64,000 nucleotides of DNA from Ostrea edulis (Eukaryota). The stretch covers positions 42,966,001 through 43,030,000 of the forward strand of contig NC_079170.1 in assembly GCF_947568905.1 (NCBI RefSeq). The letters run 5' to 3'. The first letter of the stretch is position 1; the number at the start of each line of letters is the position of its first letter. Shown piece after piece: positions 22,865 through 35,500 of the stretch. The notes under the pieces are model-generated. The model ran no database searches, was not told the origin of the DNA, and was given only the letters and a program-made list of their open reading frames with translations. The translations under genes were made by a program, and so were the position numbers.

Positions 22865-25009
22865 ATGATATTTTCCTTGTCCTTTTTGGTGATTCTGACT
22901 CTTTTAGAGGTAAGTGATGTGTAAAAAAAAAAAAAAAAACCCAACCAAACAAACAAAAAAACCGATAAATGTAATCACACTACACCATACCAGTAGCAAG
23001 ATCTCATCTTTAAATATCACCAACATTGTCGACAATTGACCACATTGTTTCAGTTCTTATCTCTTCATGTACGATATAGGAGTATTACTGCATAAATTTC
23101 CGCTGAATGTGTAATCCAAACCTATTCAGGACAACCAGTTCATCAACCATTACAATGTTTGTAGTTTTGTTTTAACTCTCGCCGAAAAAAATTCACTCTC
23201 ATTGGAAGAATGTTTATTTAATGAATCGATATAAATATATGTATGATATATAATTGAGCAGTTGACATTTCGTACTTTAAAGAAAATGTTTTCAAGAATA
23301 TTCATTTGTGTTGAATCTATTACCACATGTTTTTTTCCTCGTCATTTCCGCCTTCTGCTTTTCACTACTTTAGTCATTTCCTGTCATCACTTCGGCCATT
23401 AGTAGAGAACACAAATTCATTGCTTGTACACTTATTCTGTCATTTAACTTGTTTCTTTTATAGGTGTTATGTTAAGCTCAGAGACAATTATATCGCTTGT
23501 GTTCGAATTTACTATTACTTTTTAAAATATACATGTACCTATAGTGACAAGTGAAAGTGCAGATGGTTTTACAATTTTCAGTCACTTCGAGCGATATTAC
23601 GAACTTCAGTTTATGATTAATTGGGGTAAGAAATTCAAGTTTAAAATGACATCAAATGCTGGACTTTCTATGTAATTGCTGGTTACAATGCACAAACATT
23701 TTGTTTAGTGGCACTGTGTCAGGGCCCAGATAAAATTCAAGTAAAAAAATTATAAACATTATTCTGAATTCATTTCTGCATATCTTAGGAAACGTACGAA
23801 ATTTCCGATTTCTTGTACAGGAAGCATCTCCTTTACCATTGGTTGCGTTCAGAGTAAATCCATTGGTACCCATCACCAATTTGCTAATGGTAAATATTTG
23901 AATCATTGGTACCATTGGATCCTTGTGTACTCTGAACGAGTTTGGGTTACAAATGGTGAGAAATCCAACAATGGTACAATCGGTATACCACTAACTGATC
24001 AGTTAGCACGAAATGTAAAAGATATATATACGCTCATATACGTTGTGAATAATTTTGCACCAAGAAGATGCTTTTAGAATATATATTTTTAAATACTGTA
24101 AATCACTTTCTCTTTATTTTCTCCATTTTGGCTAGCCAAGAGTTTTCGGTCCATAAATGTGGAGCAGAGTGGACCGAAAACCCTTGGTTAGGGAAGATGT
24201 ATTTTCTCTTGAAAACATCATCAGATCATCGGACGAAATGGTTAGAGTGGAAGATTAAGTACTATACCATATCACACACACTTGATTGTTTTTAAAACCC
24301 ATTTCTGACTGTGTGGGAACATGTTTAAATCATCTTGTCTGGAATTGTCTTTAGCTGATTTTTACAAAGATTTAAAGGGAAAAGATGCGATACAAAATCT
24401 GTTGGTTTCAGCGTGTACGCGATGCCCGCCATTTTTGATAACGTCATAAATATAATTACCAACGCTAACAGAGTTCTAGATTGTCTGCAGAAATGTTTAT
24501 ATAATCGGTAAATTTTATTGGCCAACATTGATACCATTGTCGTAACAATGGTAAAAAAAATTTGCTGATGGTAACTTATGTCAAGCACCCGTTGTTGATA
24601 TGTTCAGTTGTATTTTTTTTCCTATTCTCTACAGCCAGTCCATCTCCTGGGAGAGTCTTGCACATCCTCTGCCGACTGCGGAAACACAGAATGTTGTGTA
24701 GCAGAAGATAGGCGTATGCGCCGCTTCCTTTTCGGACCTTCCAAAGGAACCTGCCACGCACGCCGTTACCAAGGCCAGACCTGTCACGTGTTCCTGATCC
24801 ACGACTTCGGTAACCCTAACATGTACATGAACTACTGCCCGTGTGAGGAGGGGCTGACGTGCCGGGGGGAAACAGTGGACATTCACGGAAGTCAGCACGT
24901 CCACCACAACCCTAAGTGTATACCCGCGGACCAGACTACCACCACGCAGGCGCAAAATTCTCCAAGCAGCACGGGGCCAAGTACTGGAGAAGTAACCGTA
25001 ATAGGATGA
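22865..25009 (+). CDS. Secreted prokineticin/colipase-fold (astakine-like) cysteine-rich peptide, 2 coding exons, 139 aa
   Basis: Exon 22865-22909 (MIFSLSFLVILTLLE, donor GTAAGT) joins in phase 0 to 24635-25009 (PVHLLGESC...). Ten Cys in the pattern C-x5-C-x4-CC-...-C-x8-C-...-CPC-x5-C-...-C. Thr/Ser-rich tail; AATAAA near 25109. Confidence 0.8.
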
Positions 25010-26158
25010 TGTTACTGTACAAATTCTAATTGTGATTCGGAACTTTTTCGCAAATATGAAATGAACGTCTTAGTCATGCACTAAAGAAACGATGACCTTG
25101 AAAAAATGAATAAATCTTAGTTGTCATTTAAAAATAGATACATGTAGGCCCATGTGAACATGTAGGCCTATATGCTATCCCTTTATATAAACATATTACA
25201 AACGAATATCTTCAAATCCACAGAAAAATAACACGATTCTCTCTCTCTCGTGTAAATATAAAGTAAACAAGGACACAAGTGGTTGCGTTTATACATGTAT
25301 GCACGTGTATATATAGGGAATATGGCATTGCGTGTACCTGAAAACGCCTTTTCGACCATACGCATGTATACAGTTTTATTCAGTACTCATAAGTCATGAG
25401 ATGTCTAGTATCTATACTTACCGTTGCCCAATATCAGATCGTGGTGTAATTTTAGGCTGAGCACTAACAGTGTTCCAATCTTACCTGCAGTTGACAATGT
25501 GAAGGTGATTGAGAAATTTTGTCAGGAAGAAAAATTTGACGATTTGACAATTTCGACTTACATACATGTATATTGTATATTAGATGAAACCCCACACAGC
25601 GCAGGGAATCACAATTAAATAATACTGCATAGAGGAGGGAGGCTTCTTTAAATGCATGTTTGAATTGTTGTGCACATGAATTGAATGAACCATATCTTTA
25701 ATTCAAATGAATTTAAGAACATTTTTTTTTATTAATTGCGTGCATTAGTTATGTTATAGTTATTGATACTATATACAATAAATAAAACTTGATTATTGAA
25801 AGTCACTTGGAGATCCAAATTAAATGTTTCTCATGTAACATAAATGATCTCTCCGTATTGAAAATTAGATAACGTATTTACGAATGCAATTGTAATCCGT
25901 CATGCCGAATAGTTGACCAAAGACAAAATGAACGGTCGTTTATAATTTCAAAATTTGAAACTCAGTATAGCGAATGTGTTTCTAATAGTATAGTTTTTGT
26001 CCAGTGCGACAATCTAAGGACAAAATTATGGATACTCGTCAAACGCAACAATCGAAAACATAATGTACTATATGAAAGTCATGACTTACAGAAAAACCGC
26101 TATATTATAAACAGTGGCCTGATTTCTAAGACATTGGTAGGTAGTGAACACTCTAATT

Positions 26159-26159
<1 letters not shown>

Positions 26160-26236
<77 letters not shown>
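26160..26236. repeat. Compound (TG)(TA)(GA) microsatellite
   Basis: Direct reading. Confidence 0.95.
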
Positions 26237-26240
<4 letters not shown>

Positions 26241-26504
26241 TCCTATTAAACTAAATATGAAGAGATGTGATTCAAACTTAGTGTGTACATTACATGAATA
26301 AAGTATGAGGAGTCCGCTGTTATGCCTCCAGTGTGTCCATGGCTAAGTTCTTGTGGGGTCATGGAATGGAGCCCTGGGCCTGGTGTTATAAAGTAGACTG
26401 AGTATGTGCATGTCTGAAATAGGGAGTGGTGCGTGACTTTAATATTACAACTCATACAACACACGACTGAAGAAGACTGGCATAAACACGACCGAAATAT
26501 TTCA

Positions 26505-27030
26505 AAACAACAGGCCCATGGGCCACATCGCTCTCCTGAGTCACCTTGGCCCATAGCTAAAGATTTTCCATATATATATATTTGCATGCAAAACTTCGGT
26601 CCCTATTGTGGCCCCAACCTACCCACAGGGACCATGAATTAAAAAAAAAAACTTGAATCTGCACTATGTCAGGAAGCTTTCATGTAAATGTAAACTTCTT
26701 TGGACTAAAGGTTCCTGAGAAGATTTTTAAAGATTTTCTCTATATATTAGAATGTAAAATTGTGATCCCCTATTGTGGCCCCATCCTAACCCTGGGGGCC
26801 ATGATTTGAACAAACTTTAATCTGCACTATGTCAGGAAGCTTTCATGTTAATTTCAGCTCCTCTGGCCCAATGGTTCTTGAGAAGAATTTTTTTTAAATG
26901 ACCCCACCCTATTTTTGCATTTTTTGTGATTAGTTCCCCTTTGAATGGGACATGGCCCTTCATTAGAACAAACTTGAAAGCCCTCCACCCAAGGATGCTT
27001 TATAGTTTGGTTGAAATTGGCTCAATAGTA

Positions 27031-27064
<34 letters not shown>

Positions 27065-27101
27065 ACGCCGACAGACAACGGACAAATTTTGATCAGAAAA
27101 G

Positions 27102-27105
<4 letters not shown>
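26505..27105 (-). mobile_element. HINE-like element with 2 x ~169-bp units, ending in an (AT)n tract at 27105-27163
   Basis: aggcccatgggccacatcgctctcctgag at one end and gatcagaaaagct at the other; ccctattgtggcccc recurs at ~26600 and ~26769. Confidence 0.7.
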
Positions 27106-27155
<50 letters not shown>

Positions 27156-27624
27156 TATATATATGACCCCACTATATATATAATTTGGCTTTGATGAACA
27201 CTTTGTGTACTTACATGTTCTATAGTCTTTTTTTTTCTCGGGTTCGGCATTCTGTAAACAGAAGTAAACATGTCTGCGGCCGTGGAGAAATTTGCGTGTC
27301 AACAAAGAAAAATTTCGAAATATTCAACAACTTAACCATCTTGTAGGTATATGCCATTGAAAGCACAACTTTCATATATTGAATTTCTTTAAAAAGGATT
27401 CGCCATTGGGGTTTACACCTGATATTGTGGTGGGTAAGTGATTTCACTAAAATCAACACCTGATCAAATCAATGTGTCTATCAGAATCAACGGAGATCAA
27501 TGTCCCAAGCACGGCGTGTTATCTCGTCACCAGTTTTGGAGGACATAAGCGCCACAGAGTTTATCGGTATTGATAGCTGACTGCTAAAAGTAACGACAGT
27601 GTTGATTTTTATTATTTTGTAACC

Positions 27625-28146
27625 GGAAGGAAGCCCGGGTTCGAATCCCGGTCTGACCAGATGTATTCTCCCTTCCTGTTACAATACTCATTTGGGTTGT
27701 TGTTAAACATTACCGGTGCTTGGGAACTTTAATTCTTTAGATAAGTGGATGTAGGTTATGACTGTCCACTTTGCCGAGAATAGCCACTTCTCTAAAGAGA
27801 GCGGGGAACTGTATGTAGCTTTTTAGTTGATATTCATCATAATATTATATGTTCAATGTGTAACAGTAAGGAAAAGGTGCAATGGACCGGTTCAAAATTC
27901 GAGCTAGAGCCCCTAAAATCTCTAACCAGGTACTCAACCAAAAAATCTTTCTGACCCTCACACTCCTTTAATGTTTTTCAATTGGCCAAATATCTTTATT
28001 TCCTGGCAGGCATTTTCACCTGTCAGTTCCAGGGTCACATAACCAAATGCAACAGAAAGGGAAAAATGCAATGGACCACACAGGAATTCAAACTTGGGCC
28101 TCCTGGATGTCTAGTCAGGTGCTCTACCAACATGTCTGATTGCCAC
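27625..28146. repeat. Cluster of three degenerate tRNA-derived short repeats (+27625-27685, -27866-27940, -28048-28146)
   Basis: B-box GGGTTCGAATCCC followed by ...ctcccttcctgttaca. The minus copies read ggtagagcacctgactag...gaattcc...tttctgttgca. Confidence 0.45.
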
Positions 28147-29342
28147 AAATGTTATGTGCTCACATTGACATCAAAAGTTGAATACTAAATACAATTTGCT
28201 AAAATCTAGTTATTGATAGCATAATACAAACATATATACAGGAGCAATTAAACTGACATACATACTTCATAGAACTGTAGAATAATTTTCTCTCACTCTA
28301 ATTAAAATAAGATCTTCTATACCTGGTTAGAGATGATCTGATTTTAATTAGATTGAATTTTCACTCTGTTATGCCTTGTTTAAACAGATCCATCATCAGA
28401 TATTCACTGTTGATATCATAACATGCATCAGATATACAGCATGTACAGGGCAGGTCCTATTTGAATAGAATGAAAAAGTTACCTTTGTAATTTTAAAATC
28501 ACCTAGCATTGTGTCTTTCAATACATCTGTACATTTAGTTGCCAGGTCATGAAATTAATTGAAAAATCAGACAGTAACATCACATCTGTCTGCTTGTGAT
28601 TGTTTATGACTAAACGGAGGAATCGAAGAGCACAGTGTTCACATTGAATCATTAGTTTTACTAAATATATGCTCCATTGAATTTTTATCAAGCTAGTGGA
28701 AAATTCCTTCAGAGTAAGAGATTTTGAATGGTTTGTTTTTAAAATAATTATTTTTGTGTAAAGCACAGGAATCCACACAGTTTTGTTGGTCAAATGACTC
28801 TGATGTCCACCATTTCAGCATTCATTATAAATGTTGATACACACAGTTTAAACACAGGCACATGAAGAACACGAGAGTTTTGCTGATCTGAGCAGGTTCC
28901 TTAAATTTCTTTTCTTTACACCCACTCATTAGTTATTGCTGCTTATGACGGCATGTATCCTAAACGAATGAATTATGAACACATTGCGTTTTGAACTTTC
29001 AATGCATAGAAACCTGATTCTATGAAATATCTCCCTGATACAACATGTTGTCAAACGCAGAATGTCTTGGGGTGTTTGTGGGTTTGGCCGTTAACTGGAG
29101 GGTAGCTAAGCAATGTCTTGCACTATCAGCCTCAAGATTTAAATCTCCACTGAGAAAGCTAGAATTCACCTGTCTCTGTCACTCTCCATATCAACCCTTG
29201 ACCAATAACAGCCCCCAGGCCTTGGATTGATATTGGAGTTTCGGGATATTTCGTGACCCATTTACCATTTTCTATCTTTGATTGTAGTACTACTATTTTT
29301 CATTCGTCAATCTTTTCTTTTGTAGAATAATAAAGCTATGTT

Positions 29343-32300
29343 ATGAAACAAAACAGTGAGATGTCGAAGGTGATCTCCTTTAAAAAATGGCAGGTGCTGT
29401 GTTTGTTGGTGTCAATATTCATTCTGATATACCTAGTGTCTTCCTTCCTGCGTCCCAATCACAAAACTCTGTCCACCATAACTGGACGTGGAACCCACCA
29501 GTACACAAAGTGGCCAGAACTAAGTTTGACCGCTGATTCTGAGGTGAGTATACAGTAGTAAGCCTGGCTGTGGTCATTTTCAAAGTAGACTAAAATATCC
29601 TCATTATTGATTTAATGTGAACATCATTTATCATTAGATTGAACATTAATGGCTGTGCATTGAATGAATAGCACTGGAATAATCCCATTATCAGAACTGT
29701 TAGAAAATACTGTATGTGTAGTTGTTTAAGTGCGATTTACATTTTAGCACCTTTGGCTGTAAAATTGAGTACTAATATGTAGAGAAAACTGCCTAATCCA
29801 ATACCTGTGCAATCTGTTTCGGTTTCATGGGACATGGTTCCATTTCAAATGAATCTAATGAGTGATTTTACCCATCAAACTCTACTGATCGTATTAGAGT
29901 ACTTATGACGCTGCTTAACAGCTGTCAACGTCTAAATTGACAGATTCGAGGATTGTTAAAAAACTATGTGATCAAGCAAATTTTTCGTGTATGCTTTAAA
30001 ATTAGCATAAAATGGTCAATTCTCTTGGAGGTTAAATTTCTGTAATAGATAAAATCAAGGACTGTCCGAGTTCGCAAATTTATTTTCTTCAATTTATTCT
30101 TGATTGTGCATCATATATTTATAATTCCAATGCTATTACAATTGTTTTGATTGGACAAAAATAAATATGAACGAAAATTTACACCACAATGAATTGGAAC
30201 ACGCAATTTCTTCATACACATCTGAAATCAAATAACGTAATGAGGGGATATTATTCAAATTTTTGAAATTGTTAATACAGTGAGCAAATTGGAATTATAA
30301 GAATCAAACATTCTTTTTTGAAGAATTTATCCGTGTGTAAATTCCTGACGGTTTACTCACAAACTTTACATAAAAGTGCTTCGCACTGTTATTCAGTTTG
30401 TGAGTAAAATATCCAGACTTTACACATCGATAAATTCTTTACAAAGAATGTTTAATTCTATATTAAAATGTGTTTAAAATGAGTTTGAATAAAATACAAT
30501 AGTTTATCCAATGGGTAACATTTACAGTGTTTTTGCCTTTGATATCTTCACAATTTGTAATGATAACCATTTCATCACGAATGTGTTGCAGTTGATGAAC
30601 ATAGTACATCTATTTAAAGATATTTTTTGATAAATCTGCATCCAATGTGCAAAGACATTTGAAATGATTGATTTTGTATACATACTATTAAAGGCATGGT
30701 TTAAGAAGTATTGTTTGAAATCTGAAGTACATTTGTCACTGGAAAAGTACCCAGAAATTCTGGAAACATGGAGAAGATCAACAGACGTGCCCTGCCAGTA
30801 AGTCTGATGTTAAACAGCAGTAGTAATGGAACCAATTCTTAGTTAATATGTGACCCTTTAAAGGATTGTGAAAATTTTTAAGATGATGTTGGTACATTGA
30901 TATGTACATATGCTAGATTAAGACTGCATACTTACACTGACAATGATAACAGTTCAGCTGTTTCCTATACATATCATTAATTACATGGATATTTTAAAGG
31001 GGCATTAGCTGTGAAAGTGATAGCAACCTTTTCTCTTAAAATCTCTCCATGATATAGGAATATATATTGATTAATAAAAACATTTATTTTGGGCAAAAAC
31101 AAGAGAAACCTAATAAAACTACATTAGATAACCACTTCTAGTGTAAAGAAATATATAAAAGAAGAATTATTAATTACCTTACAAGGCAATAATTATTTAA
31201 TCCCCAAAATTGCATATTCATGTGCTTGCTTTGAGGTTGAAATAATTACATACTGGTGTGATTACTGAAATATATAGTAAAGAGCAATTTTCATTGAATT
31301 CAATTTGTGGTGACAAAATGACAGTTAATAGCCCTTTAATTACATGTGTATTATGATTACATGTAATATACCATTGATTACATGTGTATCCTTAATTACA
31401 TGCATATAAATAATTTCATGCATGTAACAAATTAATGTACATGCATATCTCATTAATTTCATGCATAAAATTAATTACATGTATATTTTAATTAAATGTG
31501 TATCATTGATTAGACTGATTGCATGTGTATCTTTAAATACATGTTATCATTAATTACATCTATATTATTAATTACATATGTATTATTAATTAAATGGTAA
31601 TAATTAATTTCATGCAAATCTTTAATAGCATGTATACCAGTAATTATATGCATATCATCAATTACATATTTATTATTAATTACATGTATATATCGTCATT
31701 CACATGCATATATGTGTATGCATTTACCCAAACAGTTGAAACTGTTTGAAATGTAATATTTAGTGCCTGCGTGAAACAAATGCATTGTAATGAACAGTCG
31801 ACATATCTTCAACATTTCATTATCTTGATCTTACTTAGTGTATCTTACGTATATGTTTCCAGAGATTTGTACAAGAGATATTCTTCTATCTTCACAATCA
31901 CTGAACATGCAGCCAAGGTAGTAATCCCAGAATCCTTTGCTGCAAAGGTCAAAGGTTGGCTTGGAGGAAATGTGGAACTCTTTGACAATGTGAAGGATCA
32001 GGTTGGTACAGGGTCTGTTTGATTTTAAGAAGTCAAAGAATTTGAGAACTTTTTAAAATAACTTGTTGTCTAAATACCATGTCATTTGTGTACTAATGAT
32101 GAATCAATTTAGAACCATATTCTATATATCTTGTATAACATTTTAATTCATTTTGTTTTCATGAATGCATATTTTCAAAGTTTGATACTTTCACTTCAGA
32201 GAATCCTTTTTATCTACAATGAATACACAAGAGAACAAAATGTGTACAATCCACTGAGAGAAAAAAGACCCATGTCTAAACCCCCAAGACCGGAGAGAGA

Positions 32301-32491
32301 GTAGTGAGTGTGTTTCTTAACGACTGATGCAATGATTGATAGTTTGTTTTAAGAGAATAAATTGTACTATCCCCCCAGGAAAGTTTGAGGGGGAGGGGAA
32401 ATGATTATATGCATGTGTGTGTGACACTGATATAAAATATAAAAAGCATCAGATTTCATATAGTGTTTTAAATATAATTCCAGTTGCAGAA

Positions 32492-32535
<44 letters not shown>

Positions 32536-35500
32536 GTTGCCCTTCATTGTAGTGCTCGCTTTTAGGAAATGGTCTAAAATTGTATAATATGTAATCATGT
32601 CTCCCCTTTGCCAGGGGTAGACATATGGCTCTTGTACTTTCTTCTCGTCCATCCATCCATCCATCTGTATGTCACAAAATCTTGTGAATGCTTCTCCTCC
32701 TATATGGCTTATTGGATAGACTTGAAACTTTGTACAATGCTTCATTGCCATTTGTAAATGTGCATATTGCCTGGAAAGGAAGATCCAGTAATTTTCCTAA
32801 AAGTTATAGTGGATTTAAGAGGGGTGAAGGGTGTTAAAATATCTTTCTTGTGAACACTTCTCATATATTGCTTAGCAGGTAGTCTTGTAACTTTGTACAG
32901 TGCTTCATTGTCATTTGTAGATGTGCATATTGTTGGGACATGAGGATCCAATTATTTTCCCAAAGTTATAGTGGATCTAAGAGAGGTTGAGGATGTTAAA
33001 ATAGCTTGTGAACGCTTCTCCTCCTATATTGCTTATCCGATAGACTTGAAATTTGGTACAATACTTCAATGCCATTTGCAGATGTGCATATTGTAGGGAC
33101 AGGAGATTCCAATTGTTATCCTTAAAGTATAGTGGATCTGAGGGGTGAAGGGTACAAATAGTTTGTGAACACTTCTCCTATGTGGCTTATCAGAGTTCAT
33201 AATGTCTATGTTCCTGCTCATGCTCTCTCCTCCATACCATGCAGTACATTAAGGGAAGGGGGTTTCATTTGGAGCACTTTCAATTTGGAGAGCTGGGGAG
33301 ACATTTGTTTTTTATAAAAACAATCTCTAGTTTATACTTCTTTAGAACTGCACACATTTACTGGTAAAATTGAAACATACAGACCCTGAAGCGTACTACA
33401 TGTACTACACCACTTGCACGGAACGGTATGAAATGATTCTTGCACGGAACGGTGAACAGTTTGCACGAAACGCTGAATGATCTGCAAGGAACAGTGAACC
33501 GTTTGCACAAAACGCTGAACGATCTGCACGGAACGGTGAACGGTTTGCACGAAACGCTGACCACTTTGTAGGCGTGGCTTGCACGCTTTGTGAACGGTCT
33601 GCACGAAATGGTAGGCTTTGATTTTTTTGGTATTATTCGGTTTAAATAGTTTCAATATAATTGCAGTATTCTAGATATTAAAAAAAGGTTGAGAAAGAAA
33701 TGATAATGATTCATTTTAAAATGATTGCTCCTGTATGACGCGGTAAATTTCATTTTTGCTTATTAGATCAATAAATTATGAACACATTGGAATGAAAACA
33801 AATGAATTTTTTTTTTAATTTCAGAAATAAAAGAACAATTATATCGTCACAGAATATTGATTAATCGAATTTTATTGATTCATTGCTCTATTAAATTCAT
33901 TGAAACTGAATATGAAATGGTTGCGTCTGTTTCACTGTTTTTGTACATTCATTCTGAGTGTCGTTAAAATACATTTTACATTTGCAATTTGTATATTCCA
34001 GGCCTCTTCCCAAAGACTGATTGAATAAACCTATACATTTTATATACATGTGTACGTGAATGAAAACAGATAAAATGATTTAAAGAAATTTCTCGTCTGG
34101 AAAGATGAAAGTATTTTTGGGCGGGAGGAGGGTTGGGAACAGTCTTCACGAAAATGCTAGGCATGACCTGCATGCTTTGATTTTTTTTCCGGCATTATTT
34201 GTTTCATCCTGGGGTTAGTTTAAACAAGGAATAATTTAATGACTTACGAACACGTTGGAATAAAAGGAAATGAATATTTTTTAACTTCGGAAATAAAGGA
34301 AAAAGATGCATAAATTGTATTGTCATATACAATATTTATTATTAACTTTATTTATTCATTACTCTATTAAATTCATTGAAAAAGTCGCGTCTGCATCGCT
34401 ATTTTGTACATTCAATCTGAGTGCCATTAAAACATGTGTGCAATTTGTATTTCCAGGCCTCTTTTCAATGACAGATCTTGAATAAACCTATACATTTTTA
34501 CATACGTGTATGACAACAGATAAAATGATTTTAAAAATTCTTGTAAGACTGGAACATATTCTCGGGCGGGAGGAGGGATACATCTAGACATAGAATTAGC
34601 CAGTCGATAAGAACCTGTCACCTTGGATAAGAAGGGAAAATACAAAACAAAAAGGAAGCAATCAAAATAGGATTGAAATAGATTGAGAAATAAATCATAT
34701 AAATGAATAAATAAAACAAATAATGACTAACTACAGTAATGATCAACAGATATGTGAGCGGATCTAACATCCAATTTTAATTAGATTGTTGCATTTGCCT
34801 AAAATTTTAAACCTATAGAAAACTGCATTCATTTTTGAGAGACAAAAGATATAAACACCTCTTGTCATATTTCAATTGCCCCACCGATTTTTACACCTTC
34901 TGTAGGAATGTTAATTTCAAATACACGGATTAGCTGACTTCTATTGTGGTAAAAAAAAAGGACTTTGGAATTTGCATAGAATACACAAGTTATACACAGG
35001 TCGGTCTTTGCTTTATGCAGACAATTCCGATAAACGATTTTGATGAAAATATTTTTTATTTAAAAAGAGAAACTTGATCATACAAATGTAACAAGACAAA
35101 TGAATTATTCCTATATACAAATAAAAGATAAATAAAAAGATAATGAGGGCAGAGATATACATGTCTCTGCACTTGCTAGAAACTACCAAGGGTGAGAAAA
35201 TGGTATCGGAATTTGCTCTGCCTGGTGGTTTTATAATAAAATGTTTTCTTTCGATTATTTGCAGATTTTCATTGTTGAAAGCCCATCTTAGAGACATTTT
35301 GAAATAATTGGTCAAATTCCCAACAATGTTTATCTGTCCTACATCCCATGCCGAAATGACTTGCACGGTCTGTACATTTCTAAGGGCTTGGTTTGAACGA
35401 TCTGCACGTTTATGGGTGTGGCTTGATCCTGCACAGAACGATTCTTGCACGAAACGATTTGCACGGAACGGTGAACGGTCTGCACAAAACGGGGAACGGT

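Noticed and set aside
21745-28146. tRNA genes
   Set aside because: A- and B-box-like motifs are present but acceptor and anticodon stems do not pair; these look like SINE-head relics.
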